The notes beneath the pieces are model-generated. The model was given only the letters and a program-made list of their open reading frames with translations. It had not been told where the DNA came from and did not search any database. A stretch of 53,946 nt of DNA, counting the filler, from Basidiobolus ranarum (taxonomy: Eukaryota): assembly GCA_040143965.1 (NCBI GenBank). It is 2 parts of 2 records of this genome, joined end to end, with 100 filler letters (N's around TTAATTAATTAA, not from the genome) between each part and the next. Parts side by side here need not be neighbours in the genome. Positions count along the whole stretch, not along the records: positions 1 to 26,927 come from JASJQH010007003.1; 1 more part is not named here. One strand, 5' to 3'. Shown in pieces: positions 13,690-26,602 of this stretch; position 1 is the stretch's first letter; each line of letters opens with the position of its first letter. Made by a program: the position numbers and the translations under genes.

Positions 13690-16600
13690 ATGGCTTCATA
13701 TGACTTATTTAGTGGGCGCACCTCGTCAGTTAGAGCTTTTAGTAATCAGAGAAGTATTCGAATGTCGAAAACTCCCCAAGAAATAGAAGTAGAACTTCGA
13801 AGTGGAGCTATCAACCAAGAGCTTTTGGGATGTATTTCAATATCCTTTACCATTAGTTTTATTATAGTTTAAAAAGTAGAAAGGGTATTTTCAACTCCTT
13901 GACTCCTGGAAACAATACTATTTTAGATCGTGATACTCTCACCGAAGAAAAAACTCGAATAATTACAACATTATGTGAGCACTTGAGTGTGAACGCTCCG
14001 ACGCATTTCGTGTTAAATCAAGTTATCGTATCAATAATTCACGAAGTATTAATTATCTTTTCTCTCTTTATACTGACTAGAAAGGTTCTCTAACCCAGTT
14101 TAAACTTTGTTCCCTCGTCTCAGATTTTCGAATTGGCTCAAAACACATTTGAAAACATTGAATCGGCACTTTCGTCCAAGTCTACGGAGGAAATAGAAAT
14201 AATTATGAACTCACTATTGGTAAAGAAATTTACTTATTAAAGTTTAACTTTATATTTCTAATTCAGGTTATACCAGCTTGAATTAGGTTGTGCAGATTTA
14301 TTATCTTTAACCCTGAGTAAGTTGCAAGAGCTAGTAGAATCTGGAAGTCAAAATGCGCAAACAATATTCGACGAGAGTGGATTTCAAAGTGAAAAAGAGC
14401 CCTTCAGTGTTTTCAATACTGTAGTGTTATCATATTGCCATTTTTCACTTGATAAAAGTAAAGTATGTATGATTTTCTAAATTTCAGCAATAAGAGGATT
14501 GAATTAAGTATCGTCTGGTTAGGTAATCATTGGGAAAATATCCAATTGTAATGATTCGGTCATGGAGAATTTAGATCGATGGTATAAGACTACATTTGAC
14601 CTCTTGAAGAACTATTTGCTGTTTCTCCTAGAAAGCTTCTCAAAGCATCCTACACTTTCTCAAAAACCACTGATTTATAGTCGAATCGCCAATGGTATGC
14701 TTTCTTTTTGTTTAATTGACTTGATTATACTATTGATTCTATTGATCTTCCAGCCTGCAATCATCTCATTCCCATTTGTGAAGTTGCCGAGTCTGATTTT
14801 ACCTTACTTAATCTATCATGGAAGCATCTTTCAAAACTTATAGGACAGTTTAAATCACCCATTATGGATGAAATGTTGAAGGTAATATGCTAGTCACATG
14901 CCTTTAAATACCACAATCCTAACGAATATCGATAATTTAGGTCGATGCCATCAATCGTTGTTTGATTAATGGTATACTAGAGCAGTTGAAAGGCATAGAT
15001 GCACTTGTATCCTCCAATGATATAGTAGTACCTCAAGTTAAACGACACGTTACGGTTATCCGGTTTTATTTGTCTCATGTACAAACGCTCGTGAGACTTT
15101 ATGGAGGTGTTCTCTGTAGTTGTCGTGAAGCTATTGAATCATTGCTTACTTGCTTTTTTATTTTGCGGAGTCGCATACCTCCTTCTCCACGTAATAATAC
15201 TCTACCATTACATATCACGACTCTGCTTCGTGAAAACATTTTACCCTCCCTTGATAATATTACTGCTATCATTCTCGTTGGCAAATCGATGTCTGAGGAG
15301 GATAGAGTCAAGCTTATATCCGTGCTTATTGACCCTGCCAATCTCGTCAATACATGTGCCGACATATTCAAAGCTGTTACCAGAGAAGATATTATCTACT
15401 CTAAGATCCAACTGGGTCAGAATCTACTCCAGAATTTCAACGAACTTTCGGAGTCTTCTCAGCACCATTTGTTTCATGATTTGAACCAAACGGGTAACCG
15501 CAGTATTTGTATTCTAAGAAGCTTCCTGGAGCTTGTTGATTGCCTGCCCTTAAGTTATTATATCAATGGCGAAGATCTCAATCCAAATGATACAGTAGCT
15601 GAACATAGCGACGATTTCGGAAATGAGTTTTATCAGCAAATTGTTGTATCACTTGCCACTTTTGTTCACTGTCTGTCGAATCAATTCCCGATTTGGGAGG
15701 TACGATCCTTAGAAATGCTGCTAAGCTCAAGAGGCATCACATCATTAATCATTCTCGATGTGTGGACATACATTGCTCAAGAGTTAAATGAGGCTAGCAA
15801 ATTCAATATTATTAATGTGGTTATGAATCTGGTAATTTTAAAGATAGTCTCTTTTTGATAGACATGTTCTGACCAAATTTCTTAATTTAGATTCCAAGTG
15901 TACATCATATGGATTCAATCACTTTGAATCTCCGTCAATTCCTTGGTAGATTACTTTGCTATTTACAACCGGAGCAAAAGGTACAGTAAATTGGATTTTT
16001 TTCTAATGCTGCAATGCCTAATTGTAGCTGTAGACCACTCTAGGAAATCAACTAGCATCCTCATCCTTCTCCGGCAATACCTCAACTCCTAGTCTTTCTG
16101 CTGATATTCTCAAGATATGGGCGTCAATACCAGTTGACAAAATATTCAACAATTCTCAACAAGTAGTCATTTCAATTTTGCTCATTATATATATATATAT
16201 ATAATTACTGATTCTTGGAATTTCCATAGCTTCAAACAATTTTTAGTAACATCTCTGAGCTTTTTCTGAGTTTGACCAAACTTGTTTCTTCAGACTCTCC
16301 CTACACTACTGAGATGATGCTTACTTTGGTGAGTCGCCTTTTCGTAAACTTGGTGACAAAATACTAATATTGGAATAGTCTCTCACTATAGGTTCAATAA
16401 CGAACCTAATTCATAGTGGCTTAGTTAGAGTCGACCCTTCTACTTCCAGAAAACTGGTGTATGCGTCACTTATCTGCCTGAAAATTTGTGGTGGACCTAA
16501 TCAAGTTCGCAAACTCGAAACTGATAATGAAGCGGTGAAGGTTTGTTAAAGGCTCGATATTTGTATATGCTGTACTCATACTAACCCTCCTTAAGATGTT

Positions 16601-17579
16601 TTCTATTATTGAAGGATTCATTATTTTGTTGACGCAACTGCAACCGCTGGAGCCTAAACTTGTGCTCGAGGTATTATTATAATGGTATATTTACTATGCA
16701 TGCATATTGACTTTAGTTCTTATCATAGACGTTAAATCTTATCACTGAGTGGTTTGTCACCCCATCTATTGTACAAAGCATACCCAAAACCTCCATATGT
16801 CGGTTTATTGGCAAATGTGGCTTGGTAAAATTCCCAGATGTGGGCATGAAGGTAAACTGGAACTTTTGTATTTATTTAAGTCATTAGATGCTCAAAATTT
16901 TTATCATTAATAGGAGCTAGTTGCTGAGAAGCTAGCCAGTCTATGTAGAAATATCTTAGCAAGCGAAAATTGGCTAGTGATTCAAGAGTGCTATACACAG
17001 TTGGTATGATTGTATCTTATCTTCTTTCGTGATATCCCTACTGAATATTTCAACACTTTCCAAAAGGTTTATTTTGCTACTTATGCAACCCATGTCGAAA
17101 TGGTCGAACAAATGATTCCAGAATCTGCACAACCTGCTTTGATAAATTTCGTAGGAAAAGTTCCAGTTTCCCTGGAAGGATGTAATAGTTTTAAAGTAAG
17201 TAACATATTCGTACATATTCACATATCAAGTGAATTTATTTTGAATGGATCAATAATTAACCAATCTATATGTGTACGCATGCGTGTGTAGATTCCTGAT
17301 TATTCAAAATCACCACATCAACAAATCATGACAATTGAAAAGATCATTGAACTCACGAAACATCATCAATCTCTACGTATTGATAAGACTCTAGGAGGTA
17401 CTACTACCAACACTAACGGTTCAAATGGGTATGATACCAACTTATTGACACAAGTCCAGGGATTGAACCTATCATTAGCACAATCCCAACTAAATAACCA
17501 CCATCTACAAAATGATCCTCAATTACTAGAAGAATTTCAAAAATTGAATCGATTTTTGATAGATCTTTTAAAATATTGA
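13690..17579 (+). CDS. FIRRM: FIRRM/C1orf112/FLIP-like (DUF4487) protein, many exons; start may be 13690 or 13762
   Basis: Blocks RFYLSHVQTLVRLY...ILRSRIPPS, FYQQIVVSLATFV...ITSLIILDVWTYIAQ and NWLVIQECYTQLVYFA match, in order, motifs I recall for C1orf112. Confidence 0.72.
13840..13913 (+). other. U12-type (minor spliceosome) AT-AC intron
   Basis: 5' site ATATCCTTT at 13840, branch site TCCTTGAC at 13896-13903 and 3' AC at 13912-13913. Removal joins the two ORF fragments in phase 0 (GCIS|NTILDRD). Confidence 0.88.
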
Positions 17580-17981
17580 TTCGAAGTATTTCCTAAAAAA
17601 TCAGTCATGTAAATAGATTTATTGTTGATTATATTATACTGTGATTCATTTAAAATATATACATCCATTATTTTTCTTGATTCATCTTTATTTGTTTATT
17701 ATTTCGGAGTAGTGTATGCTTTTCTTCTAGCATTTTTCCTTTCGTCTTTCAGGTTATATCAATCTAATTCTATCAAATCTAGATGATTATTTTCATGAAC
17801 TTATCTTGGAATTAAATCTTTTAAATTTTTTCTCGAAATTTTGGAAAAGTATTTTTATATCATCAAAGAGCATAAACATTTTACAAAGAATTAAGATTAA
17901 TTCGATTTTACAGTATATTAATCTCATCATTTCTAAATATTAATTATGAATAGTGGGGGAGAAGTCCACCTATTCATTCAC

Positions 17982-20473
17982 TTAAAATAGTGTTTTTACC
18001 TAAATTCAAGTGATTAAAAGAAAGTTTTCAGTTAACCGTTAGAAAAGTAAAGGATATCGTAAAATTAGTAAATACCCGTTTCTTAGGTGGTGTGGAGGCG
18101 ATCTCTTCGTCACTATGTGAATCATCACTTTGATCCGGGGTCTTAGGAATGCTATTATTGAGGGAAGGCATTGCAATATCTCGAGAAGAGACATTTGTTG
18201 GACGTGATGTATGAGCAGTTGCGACGGAAGCAAATGGGAATCCTTGATTGGTAGCGATAGAAGGGGCCTCCATAGATGAATTAGCAAAGAATGGCAGCTT
18301 TAAGTTAATGTTACCTATGGGCTGGCTATTTTCCACACTTTCACCGTGCTGTATGAAGAGTGGTTCTTCCGCCAGTGCGCTAGGTTGACTAGTTTCGAGT
18401 GAGAAATCATGTGGTTGATTCACAAATAAAGGTTCCTGTCTTTCGTCTCCAATTGTATTGGAGGTCAAAGAAGAGTGAAGGTTTGACGAGCTAGTCACTT
18501 TCTCAGAAGGGTTTCCAATGATTTTTGAATTGTTATATGAGCCTTGTAGTTGTGATATTTGCTTATCAAATTTGCTTTTGAAAAACAATTTTTCGACCGG
18601 TTGAGTTCCGTTCTCATTCCTTGATCTATCTAGACTCACGTCTTTTAACCGAGAGAACGAAGTTTCCTCTGGTGCAACTACAAAGTCCTCTGGTCGTTGA
18701 TAAGTCGAGTGATCACTCATCTTACGGCTATTTGTGGGATTTCCGTCAATTGATGGGCTGCCGGTTGATGAATTCACAAATGAACGAGATTTATCCTTCG
18801 AGGTGGTAGGATCTAAGCGTGCTCGTCCACCGAGAGCTTGTGCAATGTCTGGAGACGAGGTGGCTTGAGATATAGTTCCCATCTTATGTATCAAGCTATC
18901 TACATTATTCACTATATTAGCATTAACAGGGGTCCAAGGTGTTACAGGGTTTGTGTTCTTTGAAATGGATGGAGTGCCCAACGATAAATGAGCTGAAGAT
19001 TCAGCATCATGAAAAGCAGAACTTGAGGGACTTTGAAGCATCGAGTTGCCAATACCATGCGGCGTTGGTTGAGTATAAGCAGGCGATTGTCTGTATGATG
19101 TTGTCATACCAGAGTTGGTTTGTGAAGAAAGGTGATCTGTTAGTGTAGCCAAGACGAATTCTCCAAATACGGCATCGGCAAGTTGAGCAGAAAGCAGCAA
19201 TGGTCTAGTAGATAGAATTAGGATCAATTGAACCATTCAACAGTCACTTCAAAAGACATACTTTCCACCGCTCTCAAAATGAGCAATCACTGAAGTGCTC
19301 ATACTTTCAGCAAACGACACAATGGCCTAACAACATAGATAAATGTCTTGTTCGAGAAAGTATGTTTTACGAAGTCCTGGTTACCTTAAATTCTTTTAGA
19401 TTAAAGGTCATCTCAGCATCTCCAGTAACTTCGTACAAGTCAAATTCATCACTCTCTGATATGATTTCTGTTTGTAATCCTCTTCTAAATTCATCTATTT
19501 TACCAGAATTATTAATCGTTGTTAATTAGGAAGATATTTTAACATCAGCAAGGACCTCGTTTTCCGTTTTCATCCGTTATTTGTTGAATTTCTTCCGTGA
19601 AACTTTTCATTCTGATGACGTTTGGCTCACATTCTAAGGTAATCTCCTCTAATTTATGATGGAAATGAAAAATCCATCCCGCCAAAACTTTAGGTGAGGC
19701 AACCCAACGATTCCGGAAATCTGCTTTAGAATAAAGAGCATGTAGAGGCTCGCATGGTTCATAAAATAATTTGTACGTCTTTACAATTCCTACAAACATC
19801 AAAAATAAATTCTTAACCGAGCAAAATAGGATAGGAATATGTAAAAGCTATAAACCATATTTGCAAAACATTTGAATAACCAATCGACATTCATCACCAT
19901 CATTAACACCCTCTTCTAGCCGAAGTTCGCATTTTTCGACCGTTTTATCCAAGTTATTTCGCTTACGAAATATGGAAACCATAGACTTCGTCACCAGATA
20001 AATTTACAAATCTAAGCATTGTGGAAGAATCTATTGGCTACAATAATCAATCTGTACCTTAGCTAATACTCGACATTTCACCAAAACCTCTTTATCCCCG
20101 TTATCCTGCTCCACATTCAGTTTATATTCATCAAAAAATTTACTACTACAAGAGAAATTGCCGAATGCGGAGCGAGAGGAATTGATAGTAGTTAAGACGA
20201 GCTAAGAATATAAAATAGTTGAGTTGACCTTTAGTCGATGTTCTTATTCTACCAAATGACACCAAATCTAGATGCGCTTTTAAGAAGTTTACCTTGTTAC
20301 GACGTGCTTCCAGGTTAAGATCTTCACCAATGCGAGATAAACAATGTAATATCTTGTAAAAAGCTATCTGACGGTCAAAATCAACACAGTGGTATTTAAA
20401 ATAAAGGGATATACGTTGGGTAATTACGTTTTAATGAGACTGCTGGTATCACTGCGTGTAATTTGGTACCCAT
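17982..20473 (-). CDS. RAD9: 9-1-1 checkpoint clamp subunit Rad9 (S. pombe/human type; Ddc1-like), multi-exon
   Basis: KILHCLSRIGEDL, LTTINSSRSAF...FFDEY, GIVKTYKLFYEPCE and EMTFNLKEFK PCNA-like Rad9 domain, followed by a long S/T-rich disordered tail. The last short exon is tentative. Confidence 0.88.
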
Positions 20474-21546
20474 GAGAAAGACGGGACTCTCTTGGTGTTT
20501 ATGTACTAGGTTAAAGTTCGATGATTTGTTCGCGTTGAAAAGATATAAATATCCTTTATTTACTCTCTCAGTGAATGGCTAATCAATCACCAACATTCAA
20601 TCATAAATTTGATAAGATCCTTAGTCTCATTAAATTGCGGCATGGCTCTACTATAATTTCAGAAGAATCATAATCATCGATTTCCTAGAATGTAACACTC
20701 ATATATATGTATGCATTGAGAGAAAGTTGTAAGGTTAAAAATTCAACATGAGATAAAATAAAATTGAAGAGCTACGGTGGCGTATCCAATAAAGAAGAGC
20801 CAAAAGTGCTTAATAAACCTCAGACTTGCTTCTATATTTCTTAACAAGTAACATCCAACTAGCACTACAACAACGAAGATCTACCATAATATGGAGTTCT
20901 CACTCGTGAACCAACGATTCCCGCAAACAATGGTAAATAAATAATTTACTCAGCCAGAATATTTCAAACAAATATAAAGCCAGCCTGGTCGTATAATATA
21001 ACCGCACAGTATTACTGCTAGTAGAGATGAGAAAAACGCAGCAGAGATCCGAGAAAAATGGTTCACTGAATTCACGGTCCCAGTGTCAAAAATCTAGGCA
21101 ATGGTTGAAAGATTTCCAAAGACAAATTTGGAAATTCCAGTCCAACTGATTACGATAATTTCTTTCGTTGGTGGAAAGTAAAAATGGAATGAAAAGCATG
21201 ATTATAAGCCTCAAATCAACCATACAATTATCCAGTTGAGAATGCATTCAGTTTGGTTAGTTTTCGAATAGTAGTCAATTCATTTGAATTGCCTGGATAT
21301 ACATTGTTAACAATCCCTCAGTGTTGAGCCAATAAAACTATCAGAGATGCATATTTTCAAATGATTCTTTTTAGAATCCTTACTACATCTGGATGGTGAG
21401 TTCAGGGTACATAGCTGGACCAGAAAGAGAGCAAGAGAGATGCGGGTACTGCTTTCTAAAGCCAGTTCACACTATAAAGACCATGGGGTTTTCTTCACAA
21501 AATTCATAATCTACATCTATAGTTCGACAGCAACAACAATACAATC

Positions 21547-22299
21547 ATGACTGCTTTCAGATATATCTCTGCCTTGGCTACTCTTTTCGCCCTTTCTCAG
21601 GTATCTACCGCTCCTGTTCAAAATGAAGGTGGTAGTCTTTTCAGTAAACGTGGATCTTTCTCCGGGGATGGCACATACTACAATCCCGGTCTTGGCTCTT
21701 GTGAGGTAGTTTCCGGCCCCACTCAGTTGATTGCCGCCTTGAACGCCCCACAATTCGGTTCTTACCCTCGTCCACGAAACAGTCCCGCATGCTTTAGTTG
21801 TGCTATGGTTCATGGCCCTAAAGGAAGTGTAAAAGTTCAAATTGTTGATACTTGCCCATCCTGTAAGGAGGGGGATCTTGACCTTAGTCCATCAGCTTTT
21901 GAACATATTGCTGATTTGGCTCAAGGGCGTGTTCATATCACATGGAACTATGTTACATGTGGTGACGCAACAACCAACACTAGCAACGACAATAGCAGCA
22001 CCATTAGCAGCGCTACCAGTAACACAATTGCTAGTACTTCAGTCAAAAGCTCTCCCACTACTAGCTACAACACAGATAGCAGAAAAAGCAAGCAAAACAA
22101 GCCTAGCATAATACTCACGAAAGATAGCTCTACATCCAACAAAAGCGACACAAGTTGCAGCTTTGAAAGGAGATGTGTCAATCCCGGGCAATCTGGTGAA
22201 TTTGAGACCTGTGTTAATGGGAGCATAGATCTACAAATGTGTGCCGAAGGTACCGTCTGTAAGGCCGATAGTGGAGATATAGTTTGTACCTGGGCCTAA
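21547..22299 (+). CDS. Secreted expansin/loosenin-like RlpA double-psi beta-barrel protein with S/T linker and C-terminal Cys-rich CBM19-like module
   Basis: Signal peptide and Kex2 KR site, then GDGTYYNPGLGSC and VDTCPSC...DLDLSPSAF DPBB motifs. C-terminal CVNG...CAEGTVC. Intronless; TATAAA at ~21473. Confidence 0.85.
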   Translation: MTAFRYISALATLFALSQVSTAPVQNEGGSLFSKRGSFSGDGTYYNPGLGSCEVVSGPTQLIAALNAPQFGSYPRPRNSPACFSCAMVHGPKGSVKVQIVDTCPSCKEGDLDLSPSAFEHIADLAQGRVHITWNYVTCGDATTNTSNDNSSTISSATSNTIASTSVKSSPTTSYNTDSRKSKQNKPSIILTKDSSTSNKSDTSCSFERRCVNPGQSGEFETCVNGSIDLQMCAEGTVCKADSGDIVCTWA

Positions 22300-22510
22300 A
22301 GTAGGAATTAATCCAGCGGGTCTGATTATTTTTTATGATATTATTTATGACTAGAGAAGCTCGATATTTATAACTATAGAAGTTCGATGTTATACAATCA
22401 AATAGAAGCTCAATATTATACGCACAATACAAATTAAAATACTATATTATACATGAATATTCCTCATTGCTGTTATTATTGAGTACATTGGGAGTTGAGG
22501 TTAGCATTGG

Positions 22511-22585
22511 CTTTTTAACGTACAGTAATACTTTTTAACGTACAGTAATACTTTTTAACGTACAGTAATACTTTTTAACGTACAG
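22511..22585. repeat. Perfect 20-bp tandem repeat x3.75
   Basis: CTTTTTAACGTACAGTAATA repeated. Confidence 0.97.
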
Positions 22586-23805
22586 AAACAAACAGATCAG
22601 ACGTATAGCGACAAACAGTTTGTCACGCAAGTTACTGCATATTAACCTCCTCAGTGAGTGTTCTATTACAAAGTTAGTTGTAGCATCTTTGCCATTCATT
22701 TTTTGAATTCATTTCATATATGATACTTAACTGTGGTGAGTATTAGTTAAATCGAGTTCTGATTGTCCAATATTTTTTTGTATGAATAGCCATGATAATG
22801 AAATATTCAATATACTCAGTATATTTTGCTTCTTTCGACAATGTCAAGGTTTGTGAGTCTCGACAACAGTGCTAACCAGGTTCAATTGCAAGGTCTGAAG
22901 CTACAGCCGCAATATTATTTTCATTAGTTACACTAACGCACATGCCCGATTCATTTTTGTTGCATGGATGTTTCAAATGACTAATCTCGGTATTCGTTCC
23001 ATGATCCAACTTCCAGTTATCATAGTCTAGGCAAGTATGAGCTGCTATACCCAGCTGAGATATCAGTCATACATTCAGTATACAATACTTACTCGATCCT
23101 CTATTTTTTGGTTATTATCATGTTTTACCCATACTGCTTCACTCACTTGGGTTAAAGCATATGACATGATCTTATTATTTTCTTCCACCAAGGTTAATTG
23201 GAGTGTATCAGCCTGGGGCAGTATTAGAGGTGTGGCTATATCATAAGTTATATGATATAAATGGGTGAGTTCTTGGAATTTCCAACTCTCCAGTATTGGC
23301 ACACATACCTCTCCAGCATCTGTATGAAATCCCTCCTTTTCCTTGCCTTTGGCCCAGCAGGGAAGTGGTGTTGGTGCTGGTGCAGGGTCAGTTACCAATA
23401 TTTGCTCAGATAATGGTGGTATCTTTTTTACATTCTTGTTTCTATTGAAATTAGCATTGCATAAGCACCTATATAGTCAAATATAGCCATATATAGTTTA
23501 GTATATAGTTCTCTTATATTAGACTAAGATATTGCCCATTATTGTCAATCTGTATTTACTTCATAAATTTTTACCAGCTTAGAAGTTCTCAGATATATAG
23601 ATTTTTCAAAATAATGCTAGATACCCCAAACTTAGCACACATGTTACTGGGACCTCTCTTAACACATTCCTCATGTTAGTTTTCCTACATCCTAATAAAA
23701 GTATAAAAGTCAACTTTCTACACAATGAATCACTAAGTGAAGACTGCCAATTTCTCTAATTCTCCAAACCACTTCCAACAGGCTCTCAAATACTTTAACA
23801 CTAGC

Positions 23806-24623
23806 AGGACTATCATAAAAATGGCATGATCAACAATAAAAGCACAAAGTTTGTCTCATAATTTTTGAGCAGAAACTATTGTTACAGCTATATATCTGAT
23901 TAATTGGAGTTATAGTAGAAGTAGTCCAAACTGAGCACCATAGTAGGCTTGATATGAAGTTAAATCTGATGTAGAACATTTGAGAATCTTTGGATATTTT
24001 GTTTATGTCAAAATTATGAACAAAAACTAGTCTAAATTTGATCCAAAAAGTAAGAAATGAATGTTTCCAGGTTATTGTACTCAAACCAAGGCCACATATT
24101 CTCTGACACCAAAGCTTCAAAGCTAAACAAGTCCAAAGATATTGTATATGATGAAAATGAAATATCTTCACCCAAAAAGATCTCAGATCATAATAAAATC
24201 AATTTTCTCCTGAACCAATCATTTAAATTGATTCAAACAAGATAAATGAAGAAAAAGCATTCCTGTGAATCATTCTAACAAGATTCAGGCTACTAAAGTG
24301 CTCAATATAATGCTAGAAGCTGTAGTACCTATATCCAAAATTAGGAGATCAAATCAGATTGGAATTAGACAAGATTACTATATCAATGAATCCCAAAATT
24401 GCACCTATGACTGCATAGCTCAAGTATATGAGCCTCAGACTGTAAAAGAGGCCCTGAATAACCTTCACACACAATTTTGGAGATCTGCCATGGCTGATAA
24501 GTACCAGGCATTGATTGATAATTAAACTTGGATTTTACTAATTCACCAGATGATCATATATCAATTGGCTGTACACAGGTGTTTACAGTTAAATACATTT
24601 CTGATAGCAATATAGAACCCTAA
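23806..24623 (+). mobile_element. Degenerate Ty1/Copia pol fragment (integrase C-terminus to RT N-terminus)
   Basis: Reads RTIIKMA*S...NF*AETIVTAIYLINWS, HLRIFGYFVYV...KFDPKSKK*MFPGY and EPQTVKEALN...WRSAM...ALIDN*TW...IGC, with stops and frameshifts. Confidence 0.88.
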
Positions 24624-24899
24624 CAGAAACTTGAGGATTTTTATCATAGGAAAACCATCATAATTTTAATCCATTTGGGATTGTCCATTTACTTACTGTC
24701 ATAAAATTGTCAAGTTAGATTTGATTTTAATCTATTTTTTCAGTTTCAGGAGTGAAATTTCCAAATCTTACAAAATAGTTGCACATGATTGGCTACAATC
24801 TCAGGGAACTATGGATCAACATATGTGCAAAAAACATAACTCAAATTTTACACAATTACCACTTGAATGCTAATTTGTCACCTTTGAAATCCCTAGTCT

Positions 24900-26383
24900 C
24901 CTTAATATATTCTCCTGAATATTTTTATAGAGTTCTTCATACCTAAGGTTTAGCTCATACCCAACACAAGCTTGTATCAATATCTCCATCAAAGCCCACC
25001 ATTATATTAACGTTGCTGAATAACCATTCATCCAGCTATCTGGTGGATACCCTGCAATAATGTGCCACTCTGTATTAAGTTCTTCCCAGATATCTGCATG
25101 GTCAACACCAGACTGAATGTTGAGTTGAATGTACTTCTTCTGAAGCCACTTACTGCATACTTGCACTCTGTTTTTCCCTTCATACTTTTCAACATACTCC
25201 TGAAGCACTTTGACTATTTTTGTACATCCTTGTAGTGTGACACTATTGAGGGTGCTTTATGATGTTTGTGTGGCTTTTTGCTTGCCTTTAATTTTGGGGC
25301 TAATTTCAACAATTTGGGAAGTACCAGTTGAGGTTGGAGAGCCATGAGTTTTATTTCCTGGTGCTTTGGCTTGTTGAGAGGTGCCAGGTGTTGGATGAAC
25401 TTCCAAATTTAGCACTCTTCAAACTGGTGTACCCAGTTTGATGGTGAAATTAAGCTTTTTTGCCAGTAAATCTGACTCTGGAAATGCAGATCTTTGTAAT
25501 GGTGTGAAGAATTTGGCAAGTGGGACAGTAGAGCCTAAACTCACTGGCTCCATTGCTTTTCCCTTGGGTTTACTAACTTGCTGCTCCTTGAGTACTTCTT
25601 TAGCTGCTTTTCTTTCTTATCCAAGTCAATAATCATGTACATTTTTGAGATGTTTCATGAATAGACCTATACTAGCCCAATTGCCATTTGCTTGCAAAAA
25701 CCCAGGATAAACCACATGAAATAAGTCAAGAACCTTCAGAGCAATGCCTGGCTTTTGGTTTTTCTACAATTGGCTCAAATCCAGGTGATTTTGGGCAAGA
25801 TTCCACACAGTTTCCAAAATGTTAAACCACTCATCATCAGAGCAAGTGATGGCAGCTCTGACATTCAGAGTCTTTTGGTTTGCCGGTTTTCCTATGAGAT
25901 TTCTACTTTTGTGTGCCCAAGCAATTTTGGGTCATTGTGAAGGCTTGATGGTCCAACACATATTCTGCTCTGCTAGATTGCCACAGTGACGTTCATATGT
26001 ATGGTGTGGGATTGACTGAAATCCCATATGAGAATGGATGGAGAGAGCAGCATGTTGCTGTAGCTCAAGAACTGTCATGATTCTGATCTTGGCATACTGA
26101 TCCACTACAAATAGAACTCCTCTATTATTAGATTATGACATCATATCTGCTGTGCCATCGCTTCTTGGCAATTTGTTATCAGTTCATCCAGATTACCATA
26201 TATGGAAGTCATGTTCCTTGGAACATTCCATGAAATCTAACCAATCATGTCATCTCACACATAGTGTATTTCTGCCAAGACCATCCACAGAAGGTCACCT
26301 GATCATCCTTACATCATCCCTCTTTGAATCGGTCCTTGTAGTCCCCAAAACCCCAACTCTTGAACTTGCCACCGTATATTCCC
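24900..26383 (-). pseudogene. Decayed coding relic of unknown family, probably transposon-derived
   Basis: Coding-like minus-strand frames interrupted by TGA/TAA stops, very few CpG, located between the Copia relic and the LTR. Confidence 0.4.
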
Positions 26384-26602
26384 TGTTAAGTATATTATGT
26401 TTCACTTTGCAATATCTATATAAGCCCCATGTATTTCTTGATCAGACTTCAGTCTGATCAATGCCAGTTATTAATAAAGATTCTTGCCAAAGTATCTTCC
26501 CTGTCTTGTCTTGTCTTGTCTTATGGTCTACACCCAAGTACTTTCCTGCCTTCTAGCCTCTTGTCTTTGTATCCAGTCCTTGTCCAGTTCCTTATTGTGA
26601 CA
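26384..26602 (+). mobile_element. Probable 5' LTR of an LTR retrotransposon (219 bp); internal region truncated by the gap
   Basis: Starts TGTTA and ends TGACA. TATATAAG at 26417 and AATAAA at 26473, pyrimidine-rich U5-like tract, PBS-like 11-mer at 26605-26615. No target-site duplication, so not a solo LTR. Confidence 0.68.

Noticed and set aside
14091-14093. In-frame TAA in the FIRRM-like gene suggesting readthrough or a pseudogene
   Set aside because: Can be removed by an ordinary GT-AG intron ending at CAG 14123 in phase 0.
18048-18057. ATATCCTTT on the minus strand near the RAD9 3' end as a second U12 donor
   Set aside because: No convincing TCCTTRAC branch site with AC acceptor downstream; an ordinary GT-AG intron (18000-18075) explains the gene end.
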